Part shown: in pieces, positions 36,855 to 47,424 of the stretch
How positions within the stretch are numbered: position 1 is the stretch's first letter
Layout: the number at the start of each line of letters is the position of its first letter
Source of the DNA: Candidatus Latescibacterota bacterium
GTDB taxonomy: Bacteria > Latescibacterota > UBA2968
Assembly: GCA_965208125.1 (NCBI GenBank)
Contig: OZ242320.1
Span: 2,496,001 to 2,560,000, forward strand
DNA length: 64,000 nucleotides
Direction: 5' to 3'
Notes under the pieces: model-generated
Seen by the model: the letters and a program-made list of their open reading frames with translations, nothing else
Told to the model about the DNA's origin: nothing
Databases searched by the model: none
Made by a program: the position numbers and the translations under genes

Positions 36855-39211
36855 TCATTGCGCAGGGCATCAACAGGATTTGCGGAGGCCACTTTGAGCG
36901 CTTGATAGCTCACAGTCAACCAGGCAATAATAAATGCTGCCCCACCTGCGAAAACAAAAACTTCTAACCCTATATTGATGCGATAGGCAAACGCGTTTAG
37001 CCACATTGTCATAAAGTAATAGGCTAAAGGTATGGCCAATACAAACGCAATTATCACCAACTTGATAAACTCTCTGGACAGCAATAAAATCAAATTGATA
37101 GCGGAAGCACCCAATATCTTTCTAATCCCAATCTCTTTGGTGCGCTGTTCCGCTGTAAAAGACGCCAAACCAAACAATCCCAAACAGGAAATAAAAATTG
37201 CCAAAGCTGCAAAAGTGGTGGTCAATTGTCCCAGCATCTTTTCTCTGCGATACATTCGCTCAAAGTCTTCATCCATAAACCGATATTCAAGTGGGTAGTT
37301 GGGGTTGAATTTTTTGAAAACCTTTTCCAAATTTGCCAATGCCTCGGCTGTTTGCCCTGCCCTGGTGCGTATATAAAGCTCGTTGCAAGAGGCTGGATCA
37401 ATACGAATAATCAGCGGCTCAATTGACGTGTGTATCGAACGAAAATGAAAATCTTCAACCACGCCAATTATCTCACCTTCATCTCCCCAAAATTTCAGCG
37501 TTTCGCCAATCGGATTGTCTATTCCCATCACATGTGCCATTTGTTCGTTTACAACATAATTTGAGGAATCGGTTGCAACCGCCTCAGAAAACGCTCTGCC
37601 TTGTACCACTTTCATTTTCATAGTTTCAACAAAATCAAAATCGGCATTGATAATGTGAAATACAATTTGGGACTCTGGGTCTTTTCCATTCCATTCGGGA
37701 TCGCTCGTTGAATGGCTAACGGATAGTGGATTTTGGCTGGATGCCGCCACGCTTTGAATGCCGGGTTGGCGCAGAAGTTCTAGCTTAACGGTTTCCAATT
37801 GTTGCTTTATTGGCCCTTCCAAACCTATAGACACCACATTCTTACGGTCCAGTCCCAGATTTTTGCTGAGGATATAATGTATCTGCTCATAAATCGTCAG
37901 TGTGCCAATAATCATCAAAATCGCCAATACAAACTGAAAAATCACAAGGCTTCGCCGAAAAAAAGTAGCACCCGATCCCGATTTTGACGAACCTCGCAAT
38001 ACGCCGATTGGGTTAAAACCCGACAAATAAAACGCCGGATAGCTCCCTGAGATTAGACTTGTTACCAATGTAATACCTGAAAAAACCGTCAAAATGTGTA
38101 TATCTAACCAATCAAGTACAAGTTCTTGGTCTGTCAGACTATTAAATGCGGGCAAGAAAATTTCCACCAAACCCAAAGCCAAAATTGAGGCAAAAACAGT
38201 TATCAACATCGACTCGCCCATAAATTGACCTATGAGTTCCCGCTTACTGGCTCCTACGGTTTTGCGAACGCCAATCTCTCGTGCGCGCTGAGTAGATCGC
38301 GCCGTAGCCAAATTCATAAAATTAATACAGGCAATGCACAAAATAAACAGTGCAACAAATGTAAACATCTGCACATACTCAACGCGCCCTCCAACTGACT
38401 TGCCATTTTTAAATTTAGAATACAGGTGCATATCCAATAAGGGGTGCAAAAAAACCGTGGCATTTGCCCATTTGTAATGGTCTAAGAGGACACGCTCAAT
38501 TTTTGCGTTTACATCTTCCAGGACAGCATTCTCTCGCAGCTTCACATAAAGTTGCAAACTGCTATTGCCCCAATGTTCGAGCCACTTGTTTTCGGCGACA
38601 TAATCTTCTATTGGGAGCACGAATTCAAAACGCAGAGAGGAGTTGCCCAGTACATCTCTAAATACTGCTTTAATGGTAAATTCTTTGCGATGGTCAACCG
38701 TCAAACGTTGCCCGAGAATCGATTGGCTCGCCCAATCTGGTCCAAAATATTTACCAGCCAATTTTTCTGAAATCGCAATGGCATTGGGTTCTGCCAATAT
38801 TGTTTGAGCATCACCTTGCAAAAGTGGGAATGTAAAAACATCAAAAAAAGAAGAACTGGCATATATACCAGATTCTCGAAATAATTGATTGTCTTTAGAT
38901 AGGAGAAGTTTTTGCCGGGTTATTAAAATAGCGTGGGTAATCTCTGGGTATTCTTCTACTAACACGTTGGCCAGTGGCATGGGAGCAGCAGACCAGGTAT
39001 AGATTTTGTCATTTGCAGAGAAATTACGCATCACCCGATAAATCTGAGTGCCCTGTTCATGAAATCGGTCATACGTAATCTCATGCTTTACCCACATAAA
39101 GATCAGAAAACTACAGGCCAGCCCTACAGAAAGCCCCGCCATGTTGATAAGCGAATACGTCTTCTGCCGCGAGAAATTACGCAACGCAGTTGTGAAGTAG
39201 TTTTTGAACAT
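36851..39211 (-). CDS. MacB/FtsX-type duplicated ABC permease #4 (Bacteroidota-like type)
   Basis: Start MFKNYF at 39211 after GGAGG; GGRVEYV, INFMNLATAR and EQRTKEIGIRK motifs. Confidence 0.93.
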   Translation of the reverse strand: MFKNYFTTALRNFSRQKTYSLINMAGLSVGLACSFLIFMWVKHEITYDRFHEQGTQIYRVMRNFSANDKIYTWSAAPMPLANVLVEEYPEITHAILITRQKLLLSKDNQLFRESGIYASSSFFDVFTFPLLQGDAQTILAEPNAIAISEKLAGKYFGPDWASQSILGQRLTVDHRKEFTIKAVFRDVLGNSSLRFEFVLPIEDYVAENKWLEHWGNSSLQLYVKLRENAVLEDVNAKIERVLLDHYKWANATVFLHPLLDMHLYSKFKNGKSVGGRVEYVQMFTFVALFILCIACINFMNLATARSTQRAREIGVRKTVGASKRELIGQFMGESMLITVFASILALGLVEIFLPAFNSLTDQELVLDWLDIHILTVFSGITLVTSLISGSYPAFYLSGFNPIGVLRGSSKSGSGATFFRRSLVIFQFVLAILMIIGTLTIYEQIHYILSKNLGLDRKNVVSIGLEGPIKQQLETVKLELLRQPGIQSVAASSQNPLSVSHSTSDPEWNGKDPESQIVFHIINADFDFVETMKMKVVQGRAFSEAVATDSSNYVVNEQMAHVMGIDNPIGETLKFWGDEGEIIGVVEDFHFRSIHTSIEPLIIRIDPASCNELYIRTRAGQTAEALANLEKVFKKFNPNYPLEYRFMDEDFERMYRREKMLGQLTTTFAALAIFISCLGLFGLASFTAEQRTKEIGIRKILGASAINLILLLSREFIKLVIIAFVLAIPLAYYFMTMWLNAFAYRINIGLEVFVFAGGAAFIIAWLTVSYQALKVASANPVDALRNE

Positions 39212-39225
39212 CACACCCTCCTGAT

Positions 39226-41703
39226 CTATTCTGTCCGCAGTGCGTTTATCGGATTGGTTGTCGCTGCTCTGAAAGTCTGGAAACCGATTGTCGTGAGAGA
39301 AGCGATGATCGTAATGATTCCGCTCAGAAGAAACGGCTCGATGCCCAATTGAATCCGGTAAGGGAAGCTCTCGAGCCAGCGGCTCAGGAGATAGAATGCG
39401 ATCGGTAAAGCAATGAGATTGGAAGCGACGATCAACTTCGAAAATTCGTTGAAGAGCAATAGTACAATGCTCGACACAGAGGCGCCAAGGACCTTTCGAA
39501 CGCCTATCTCCCGGGTTCGAAGTTGAATCATGAAGGAGGAGAGACCGACGAGTCCTAAACAAGCAACGAAGATGGCGATTAAAGAAAATGTACCGAAGAT
39601 CTGGCCCAGTCGAATTTCTTCTCTATAGTAGAAATCCAAACGCGCATCGAGGAATTCATAGTCGAACGGACGCTGAGGGAGAAAACGGTGCCAGGTTTTT
39701 TTGAGGAATTCCAGGGTTTCGGGCACACTTTCTGATGCGATCTTCAGGTGCAGGATTTTCATATTCCAGTGTTCTGTTGTGAACACGGCTGGCTCAATTT
39801 CCTCATGGAGCGTACGTAAATGAAAGTTTTTCACAACGCCTATGATCGTCCCTCTCGTTCGTCCTGCCCATTCGAATGACTGTCCGACGGGATGCGCCAA
39901 TCCCAGACGCTTTACGGCGGCTTCGTTGAGAATGAAATATTCCTCTTGTCCCGTCCTGATTCGTTCTCGATGTGCGATGGCCGTGTACTCCCTCGGGAAT
40001 GTCCTTCCCTCCACGAACGGAATCTCATACAGATCGAAAAAATCCTCATCCACTGGAAATGTCCGCATCTCCAAAAATTCAGCCATCTCTGGCGTTCTGA
40101 ATTTATAGTGTGCTGACCAGTCCTGTAGATAAAATCGCGACGTTGAGGCCTTCAAAACATTGGGGTGCTCGAGGAAGCCCTGCTTTATCGTCTGAAATCG
40201 TTTCTTTAACTGGGTCCCGAGAGGACCAAGCTCTTCGACGCTGCCGGCTACCTGGAAAATTGGCAACAGGACAATATGGTCTCTATTGAACCCAAATTGA
40301 GTGCGGATAAAAGATAGCTGGCTGGATACCACCAGGGTCCCCACAATCAGAATACTGGATATTGAGAACTGAAGAATGACCAGCACTTTTCGAAATCGGC
40401 CCCTTCTGCTTGATCTAAGTTGAGAGCCGCCTTTGAGATTACTCGCCGGTTGGAAGCCAGAAAGGAAGATGGCCGGATAGAGTCCCGCAGCAAGGCCAAC
40501 AATCAAAGCCAGTCCGAGTGACGAAATTGCAATTGCGGGGAGGTCTCCTGTTCTGATGAACAGAGGCCGGTCGATAAAGGACCGAAATATAGGCAGTGTG
40601 AGTTCCGTCAGAGCAATGGCAACCAGCAGCGCAAGCAGGGACAGCAGCAGGGACTCCCCTAAGAATTGTCTGATTAGTTGGCCCCGATTTGCTCCTACAA
40701 CCTTTCGCAGTGCGACCTCTCTGTTTCGGCTGATCGACAGAGCAGTAGATAGATTCACGAAATTTACTGCGGCAATGACGAGAATAAGGACTCCGATGAG
40801 CGAGGCTTGCTCCACGGTCCTCAGGCTCCCATACGGCCGTTTGATGATATAGCTGAATGTCTGTTTGAGAATGCCGAATTGGTCTCCCGATAGCAGGTAA
40901 ATGTCGTTCACACGCTGAAGATGATAGGCATTGGTCCTCGCAATTTCCTCGCCCATATGTCTCAGCATAGCGTTATTCAGCTTTGCTTCCAGGCTCTTCA
41001 AAGAGGCGGTTTCGGAAAGGCGCATATAGATCTCGACGCGAGCGGCACCTCGTGGAAGCCACATATCCCAGTAGCTGAACTCATTCCTCAGACTCTTCGG
41101 AGAGACGAGAAAATCAAAAAAGATCGTAGATGTATGCGGGATATCCTCCAGAACACCTGCCACACGGTATTCTCCTCCGAATATGTGGTTTTCTACTGAA
41201 AGGACCTGACCGATTGGGTTCTCGCTTCCAAAGAATTTCTGAGCTGCGGATTGCGTTACCAGGATTGATCCCGGTTCCCTGAGCACCCGCTGGACTGGTC
41301 CCCCAGTATGTACGGGAAAGTGAAACATCTCCATAAGCCCTTCATCGGCCAGACAGAAGATCTGCTCGAACACTCTGTCTTGATATTTTATCCAGGCGTC
41401 ACGGCGATGGAGACGAACTACTTGATTTACTTCTGGCATTTCTTCCCGAATAACCAGGCCAAGCGCGCCAGACAGTCGCTCTGAATATGTGGATTGACCC
41501 TGTTCGGATCGCATCTCTCGCAAGACCCGGTAGAGCAGATGAGAATCTTTGTGAAAGCGGTCATAACTAAACTCATGCTGGACAAAGAGCGCGATAAGCA
41601 TCACAGTGGTTATTCCTATGGCAAGTCCCGCGATATTCAATACGGCATATTGCTTGTTCTTCAGCAGGTATCGAATCAAGACTGCGATATAGTTCTTCAG
41701 CAT
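39226..41703 (-). CDS. MacB/FtsX-type duplicated ABC permease #5
   Basis: Same architecture as the other permeases. Confidence 0.93.
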   Translation of the reverse strand: MLKNYIAVLIRYLLKNKQYAVLNIAGLAIGITTVMLIALFVQHEFSYDRFHKDSHLLYRVLREMRSEQGQSTYSERLSGALGLVIREEMPEVNQVVRLHRRDAWIKYQDRVFEQIFCLADEGLMEMFHFPVHTGGPVQRVLREPGSILVTQSAAQKFFGSENPIGQVLSVENHIFGGEYRVAGVLEDIPHTSTIFFDFLVSPKSLRNEFSYWDMWLPRGAARVEIYMRLSETASLKSLEAKLNNAMLRHMGEEIARTNAYHLQRVNDIYLLSGDQFGILKQTFSYIIKRPYGSLRTVEQASLIGVLILVIAAVNFVNLSTALSISRNREVALRKVVGANRGQLIRQFLGESLLLSLLALLVAIALTELTLPIFRSFIDRPLFIRTGDLPAIAISSLGLALIVGLAAGLYPAIFLSGFQPASNLKGGSQLRSSRRGRFRKVLVILQFSISSILIVGTLVVSSQLSFIRTQFGFNRDHIVLLPIFQVAGSVEELGPLGTQLKKRFQTIKQGFLEHPNVLKASTSRFYLQDWSAHYKFRTPEMAEFLEMRTFPVDEDFFDLYEIPFVEGRTFPREYTAIAHRERIRTGQEEYFILNEAAVKRLGLAHPVGQSFEWAGRTRGTIIGVVKNFHLRTLHEEIEPAVFTTEHWNMKILHLKIASESVPETLEFLKKTWHRFLPQRPFDYEFLDARLDFYYREEIRLGQIFGTFSLIAIFVACLGLVGLSSFMIQLRTREIGVRKVLGASVSSIVLLLFNEFSKLIVASNLIALPIAFYLLSRWLESFPYRIQLGIEPFLLSGIITIIASLTTIGFQTFRAATTNPINALRTE

Positions 41704-41814
41704 GAAGCGATCTCCGGAAGTCCTGATAGCTGTAATTGCAATTACCCAGTTATACCAAATTTGACAATATCTCTCGTTGTTTTGTTTTTATTCATTACAG
41801 GTTGATCCCTTGAT

Positions 41815-44232
41815 TCACTCATAACGCAGCGCGTCAACTGGATTGGCGCGTGCAGCGCGGATGGCTTGTAAGCTGATGGTGCAGAACGCGATCACAAGCA
41901 CCAGCAGGCTTCCGATGAGAAATACGCTCGGATCCAGATCAATTCGGTAGGCAAAACGATCCAGCCATGACCGGACGAAGAGATATGCGGCAGGCCATGC
42001 CAGCAAACTTGCGACGATGATGAGTACTGCAAATTCCTTCAGTAGGAGAATTAGAATATCGCCAGACGATGCCCCCAGGACTTTGCGAACGCCGATTTCT
42101 TTGGTGCGAACTTCTGTGGTATAGGCAATCAGGCCCAAAAGACCCAAACAGGCGACGAAAATGGCCAGGCCCGAAAGATAGGTGAAGGCTTTCTGGGTAC
42201 GCATCTCGCCGTGGTAGAAGTTGTTTAAGAAATCATCGACGAAGAGGAATTTGAAGGCGTGAGCCGGTACAAAATCCTTCCAGACTGATGCGAGAAAATC
42301 CAGTGTTTTGGGCAGGTTGTCCATACGCACTTTCACGGTGACGTAATCGTACCAGGGTCGATATATAAGCATCAGAGGTCGCACGGGATTGTGCAGGCTG
42401 CTGTTGTGAAAGTCTTTGAAAATACCGACGACAGTGAAATTGAAATCCCTCCCCCCAAAGCTCAGGACGGTACCCGGTTTTGCGCCGCCCAGTGCCTGAG
42501 CGGCTGTTTCGTTCAGGAGCAAGTTGAATTGGTTCTTATCAGTTAGGGCCAATGGCCTGCCTTCGAGGATAGGGATGTTATAGACCTCGGTAAATTTGTG
42601 ATCCACCGACAAGAAGTGGACATTCACGGAATCTGCATGGTCCAGTCGTCTGATTAGCGAGCGATCAGTATTATTTTCATAACCAGGCGGAGCCTGAGAA
42701 ACAGTCACGCTCAAAATATCGGGACTTGTCTCAAAACGGTCTCGAATGCTTTCAAAGTGCTCGCGCAAGCGTCGGTCTTCTTTGAGCAGGGGCATGGTAA
42801 TCAAGCCCTCTTTTGCAAATCCGAGGTCGCGTGTGCGAATATAGTTTGTTTGCTGCCAGGCAATGAGGGTACCAATGACGAGGGCTACCGAAATGGCAAA
42901 TTGGAAAGTTACCAGACTTCGCCGAAGTTGGGATCGCCCGCCGATCTTCTGTCCTGAGCCTTTTAGAACTTGCACAGCAGCAAAGGATGATAGGAATACC
43001 GCTGGATAGATACCGGCAGTTAGGCCGACAAAGAGCGCGAGCAATGCAGCACCAACGACGGACCAGGCGTTTAGCTGTAAAGAAGAAATTAGCAGGTTGT
43101 TGACTATGGGAAGTGTAAGTTCGACAATGGCGAGTGCCAAAATAGCCGATATCCCGGCGAGGAGAACAGTCTCTCCGAGAAACTGGGTGACAAGCTGGGC
43201 GCGTGTGGATCCCACGGCCTTGCGTACACCAACTTCCAGGGCACGGTTCGCTCCCCGCGCTGTAGATAGGTTTACGAAATTGACACATGCCAGTGCCAAA
43301 ATGATTGCTCCTATAAGGCCAAAAGTATAGCAGCGGTTGATGTCCCCCTGCACAAGACCGTCCTGCTGGTCCAACACATCCATCTGCAATTGAAAATCGC
43401 GTCGGGCATACAAATGCTGACGACGCAAGGGCATAAGGTCGTAGGTGTCACGCGGGTCTGCGCCATTGCCCAGATGGCGGTGTGCAAATTCATGGAGCTT
43501 GGGGCGAAGAGATGACGGGGAGACATCAGGCGTGAGCCGAACAAAGGTTTTCAGAACGAGGAATTTTGTTGTGGGATACCACTGCCTTCCCCATGGTGGA
43601 TTTGTGAGTCCGGTGGTTCCTTCATAAGTGACTAACAGGTCAAACACAAACTCACCCGATGTGGCAACTGGTTGGTCTCGGAGAATACCGCCGATGTAGA
43701 AGTCGCCTTCCACCCACTTGTAGTAAATCTTGAGCGTTCGCCCGATAACTTCAGTGGTGCCAAAGAGCTTTTGTGCAAAACTTTCTGTGATATAGACGGA
43801 TCCAGGCGTTAATTCGGGCGGTTGGCTTCCATCAATCAAGGGAAAGGTGAAAAAGCGCAGAAAATTGGGATCGGCTACGGTACCTCGCACATCGAAGCCG
43901 CGATCTTCAAGACCCGCCCACATGGGCCGCGTGATGAAGTGGGTCATATCCTCAATTTCGGGCAATTCATTGACAAGTGTGGCGCCAGCCCGATATTGAG
44001 TGCCGAATGGATAGTATGGAAGGCCACCACCTGATGGGTGTACAAGTCGCATTACGCGATGAATGCGGTCTATGTCCCGATGATAGGCGTCGTAGCTGAA
44101 CTCGTGCTGCAAGAATAGACCGACGAGGATACAAGCCGCCATCCCCACGGCAAGGCCAAAGATGTTGACGAGTGTGTAAAGGCGATGCCGAAAAAGATTG
44201 CGGAAAGATGTGCGGAGATAACTCAAAATCAT
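41815..44232 (-). CDS. MacB/FtsX-type duplicated ABC permease #6
   Basis: Start MILSYL after GGAGG; same architecture. Confidence 0.93.
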   Translation of the reverse strand: MILSYLRTSFRNLFRHRLYTLVNIFGLAVGMAACILVGLFLQHEFSYDAYHRDIDRIHRVMRLVHPSGGGLPYYPFGTQYRAGATLVNELPEIEDMTHFITRPMWAGLEDRGFDVRGTVADPNFLRFFTFPLIDGSQPPELTPGSVYITESFAQKLFGTTEVIGRTLKIYYKWVEGDFYIGGILRDQPVATSGEFVFDLLVTYEGTTGLTNPPWGRQWYPTTKFLVLKTFVRLTPDVSPSSLRPKLHEFAHRHLGNGADPRDTYDLMPLRRQHLYARRDFQLQMDVLDQQDGLVQGDINRCYTFGLIGAIILALACVNFVNLSTARGANRALEVGVRKAVGSTRAQLVTQFLGETVLLAGISAILALAIVELTLPIVNNLLISSLQLNAWSVVGAALLALFVGLTAGIYPAVFLSSFAAVQVLKGSGQKIGGRSQLRRSLVTFQFAISVALVIGTLIAWQQTNYIRTRDLGFAKEGLITMPLLKEDRRLREHFESIRDRFETSPDILSVTVSQAPPGYENNTDRSLIRRLDHADSVNVHFLSVDHKFTEVYNIPILEGRPLALTDKNQFNLLLNETAAQALGGAKPGTVLSFGGRDFNFTVVGIFKDFHNSSLHNPVRPLMLIYRPWYDYVTVKVRMDNLPKTLDFLASVWKDFVPAHAFKFLFVDDFLNNFYHGEMRTQKAFTYLSGLAIFVACLGLLGLIAYTTEVRTKEIGVRKVLGASSGDILILLLKEFAVLIIVASLLAWPAAYLFVRSWLDRFAYRIDLDPSVFLIGSLLVLVIAFCTISLQAIRAARANPVDALRYE

Positions 44233-44257
44233 TTTGACCTCCATCCTGAATCGCTGG

Positions 44258-46696
44258 TTATTTAATGTTTAATGCCTCCACAGGATTAATATGAGCCGCT
44301 TTCAATACCTGGGGTATCACAGAAAATATAGATATCGTAAAGGCACATATTCCGCCTACTAAGAAAGGAAATACTGTCATGTCAATTCGATATGCGAATC
44401 CCTGTAGCCAGCTCATGATAGCCATATAGGAGATGGGTCCTGCTAACAAGTAGGCAATTAAAAAAAGCTTAAAAGACTCTGTAAGCATTAACGTGATGAT
44501 ATTGGTTTCTGACGCACCCAATACCTTCCGGATCCCTACTTCCTTTCTTCTCTGTTCGGTCATAAATGAAACAAGGCCCAAAAGCCCCAGGCAAGCTATA
44601 AAGATGGACAGCATGGAGAACACACCAATAGCTTTGCTCAATTGACGTTCATTTTCATATTGCAGCATTAAATCATCATCCAGGAAAGTATAGCTGAAGG
44701 GACGCGAAGGTAGAAATTGTTCCCAGGTCTGCTTCATAAACGCTACTGTTTCGTCGAAGTATTCAGGTGAGACTCTAAGGTAGAGTGTTTTAGCAACATA
44801 ATCACTGGGACATAGTACCATAGGTTCAATAGATTCATACAAAGATTGCGTGTGATAGTTTTTTACGATACCTACAACGACGCCTGATTCCTGCCCTTTA
44901 AATCCGAATCTTTTGCCTATCGGCTCTGTCCATCCCAGTGTCTTAATAGCTGCCTCATTGAGGATATATTCCTGTTCTCCTGTAAAAAAGTTACTCACAG
45001 CATTTTTTGAAAAATTTCGACCGGCAATCAATTCTATGTCAAAAAATGGAATAAAGTCTTCATCAACCTCGTTTATTTGCATCCACCGCTCGTTTTGTTC
45101 ACCTTGATAAGCATCGAAGGAATTAAGGGGTGCATCTATTCCGTGCTTAAAACGCGATATGGTGGCTGTGGTAATGTTCGGATGTTGTAAAAATGCTTGT
45201 TTTACAACATTATATCTTTTATTCAGAGAATCGCTCATCCCATCTGGTGATTTGCGATGTTCCCAGAAGATCGGCATTGCGATTACCTGATCTTTGGCGA
45301 AACCAAGGTTCTTATTTTGAATATAGTGTACCTGTTCGAGTACAATAAATGTCACAACAATCAAGACGATTGAGATTCCAAATTGAAATATGATGAGGCC
45401 TTGCCGCAGTACCTTGCCTCGGGACCCTGTATCAAGCCTTCCTCTCAACGTTTCTATCGGTCGAAAGTGCGATAAATAAAAGGCTGGATAAAATCCCCCT
45501 AAAAGGCTTACCAATAGAGCCAATCCCAGAAATTCCAGTATTAGACCGCTGTTAAAATTCAAAGAGAGATTGATTCCCGGATAGGTATTAAATATTGGAA
45601 GTGCGAGTTCTACGATGCTAATGCCGATAACTAAACTTATAACTGCCAATAAGGATGATTCTCCTATGAACTGACATATCAAATTTCGCCGACTGGCACC
45701 AACGACTTTCCGAAGACCAACCTCTCTGGCTCTGTTTGCAGACCGCGCTGTTGCCAAATTTGTGAAGTTTATACAAGCAATAAGCAAAATAAAAATTGCT
45801 GCAAAAAATACCGTGTTGACCTGTGTGATGTTACCCTGGGGTATTTTTCCTTCCGATGCAAAGGTATGCCTGAGATCGTAATCCCGTTGGGAATAAAGAT
45901 AGACCTTCTTTAAAGGTTGTAAAAAGTACTCCATGTTTACGGCAATCTCCCGTCCCAGATGGCGTTCAATAAATGCGGGAAATTTAGATTCGAGAGAGGC
46001 TGGAGAAATGTCCTTTTTCAATAGCACATAAATGGAAAATGCACGCCATCTGGCGCTGGGTCGCCATTCGTGCCAGGTGGTAAATTCTGGATGTACTGAG
46101 GATGAAAGAAAATCAAATTGCAATGTGCTATGCCTTGAGACATCGCGCATGATGCCAGCAATTGTATAATCCCCCTCGACGTAACCTTCCCCTACATTGA
46201 TCACCTTTCCAATTGGGTCTTCTTCGCCAAAAAACTTTTTTGCGACTGATTCGGTTATCAAAACCGAGTTAGGTTGTAATAACGCTGTTTTATCTCCGCG
46301 AATAAGAGGAAACGTGAAAATATCCAGGAAATTGGGATCGGCGAGGCAAAAGGCTTGATTAAAAATTTTATCCTCGTGTTGAATCCATTCACGACGTATC
46401 ATAATGCGAACGGCTGCCTCAACTTCGGGAAGATCTTGAACCAGTGCAGGGCCTGTAGCACCAGACAATCTCCAATCATATACTTTTTCTCCATTTTCAG
46501 ACTTATATGCTCGAATCACACGATAAATGCGATCCCGATTCTCATGTTGAACATCATAGCTATATTGATCCTTAATAAATAGCATGATCAAGATTACAGA
46601 GGCGATACCTATTCCGAGCCCAATGATGTTTATAGCCGAATAAAACTTATATTTGAGCAAGTTTCGAACTGCTATGAGGATATAATTGCGAAACAT
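44258..46696 (-). CDS. MacB/FtsX-type duplicated ABC permease #7
   Basis: Same architecture as the other permeases. Confidence 0.93.
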   Translation of the reverse strand: MFRNYILIAVRNLLKYKFYSAINIIGLGIGIASVILIMLFIKDQYSYDVQHENRDRIYRVIRAYKSENGEKVYDWRLSGATGPALVQDLPEVEAAVRIMIRREWIQHEDKIFNQAFCLADPNFLDIFTFPLIRGDKTALLQPNSVLITESVAKKFFGEEDPIGKVINVGEGYVEGDYTIAGIMRDVSRHSTLQFDFLSSSVHPEFTTWHEWRPSARWRAFSIYVLLKKDISPASLESKFPAFIERHLGREIAVNMEYFLQPLKKVYLYSQRDYDLRHTFASEGKIPQGNITQVNTVFFAAIFILLIACINFTNLATARSANRAREVGLRKVVGASRRNLICQFIGESSLLAVISLVIGISIVELALPIFNTYPGINLSLNFNSGLILEFLGLALLVSLLGGFYPAFYLSHFRPIETLRGRLDTGSRGKVLRQGLIIFQFGISIVLIVVTFIVLEQVHYIQNKNLGFAKDQVIAMPIFWEHRKSPDGMSDSLNKRYNVVKQAFLQHPNITTATISRFKHGIDAPLNSFDAYQGEQNERWMQINEVDEDFIPFFDIELIAGRNFSKNAVSNFFTGEQEYILNEAAIKTLGWTEPIGKRFGFKGQESGVVVGIVKNYHTQSLYESIEPMVLCPSDYVAKTLYLRVSPEYFDETVAFMKQTWEQFLPSRPFSYTFLDDDLMLQYENERQLSKAIGVFSMLSIFIACLGLLGLVSFMTEQRRKEVGIRKVLGASETNIITLMLTESFKLFLIAYLLAGPISYMAIMSWLQGFAYRIDMTVFPFLVGGICAFTISIFSVIPQVLKAAHINPVEALNIK

Positions 46697-46718
46697 CGTA
46701 ATATCTCCTTTGGAAAAC

Positions 46719-47348
46719 TCAATCTGAATTCGTACCCGAAGCTATGAATATACCGATGCTGGCGAATTTGCCGCCACAGCTCGACTGCGCTTCGCAACAT
46801 GTGCCGATGCTGTCAATATATACGTCTCTTAGTCCCGCGCTCTGAAACCATTCCACAATATCTGATCTTTTGAAACCCATCCAGCGATCGTGGTGTTCTT
46901 CCCGCAGGAAGTCGAATTCGTGTTCGTCCAGGTCCGTGATCACCAGTTTACCAGCGGGCTTCAGAATTCGGACCATTTCTGCGATTGCTTTGGAAGGGGA
47001 TTCAACGTGGTGGAGATACATGTTGGCAAAAGCATAGTCAACTGTTGCATCGGGAATGGGCAAGTTTTGGGCTTGTCCAACGCGATAGTCAATCGTCTCA
47101 ACGTCCGCAAATTTTCTCTTCATTTCTTTCAGGATTGCTTCAGACTGATCCACTGCAATGACCTGAAGTCCCTTCTGTATCAGACCTTCGGAGATAAAAC
47201 CTGTGCCTGCGCCGATATCAGCGGCAGTTTTGCCTTTTTGGATAGCAGCGATAGAAAGTGCTTCTTGCCTGACCTCATCGGAGAAGAAACTTTCTCGCAT
47301 TTCGTCCCAGTCCTGGGCAACACGATCAAAGTAGTCCTTACTGCTCAT
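46719..47348 (-). CDS. Class I SAM-dependent methyltransferase (type 11)
   Basis: ADIGAGTGF, ANMYLHH and EM.RILKP.G motifs. Confidence 0.92.
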   Translation of the reverse strand: MSSKDYFDRVAQDWDEMRESFFSDEVRQEALSIAAIQKGKTAADIGAGTGFISEGLIQKGLQVIAVDQSEAILKEMKRKFADVETIDYRVGQAQNLPIPDATVDYAFANMYLHHVESPSKAIAEMVRILKPAGKLVITDLDEHEFDFLREEHHDRWMGFKRSDIVEWFQSAGLRDVYIDSIGTCCEAQSSCGGKFASIGIFIASGTNSD

Positions 47349-47424
47349 TGGTATTTATTCCTTGCTGTAAAAGGTATATCAGGAATACCTGAATAGATGG
47401 GTTTGCCATCTCGATAAGGGGCTT

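Noticed and set aside
39212-39562. N-terminal extensions in the ORF track (also 21393-21509, 29693-29842, 34245-34358, 58581-58697, 13872-14021)
   Set aside because: They overlap neighbouring genes or terminators; downstream starts have RBSs or match family N-termini.
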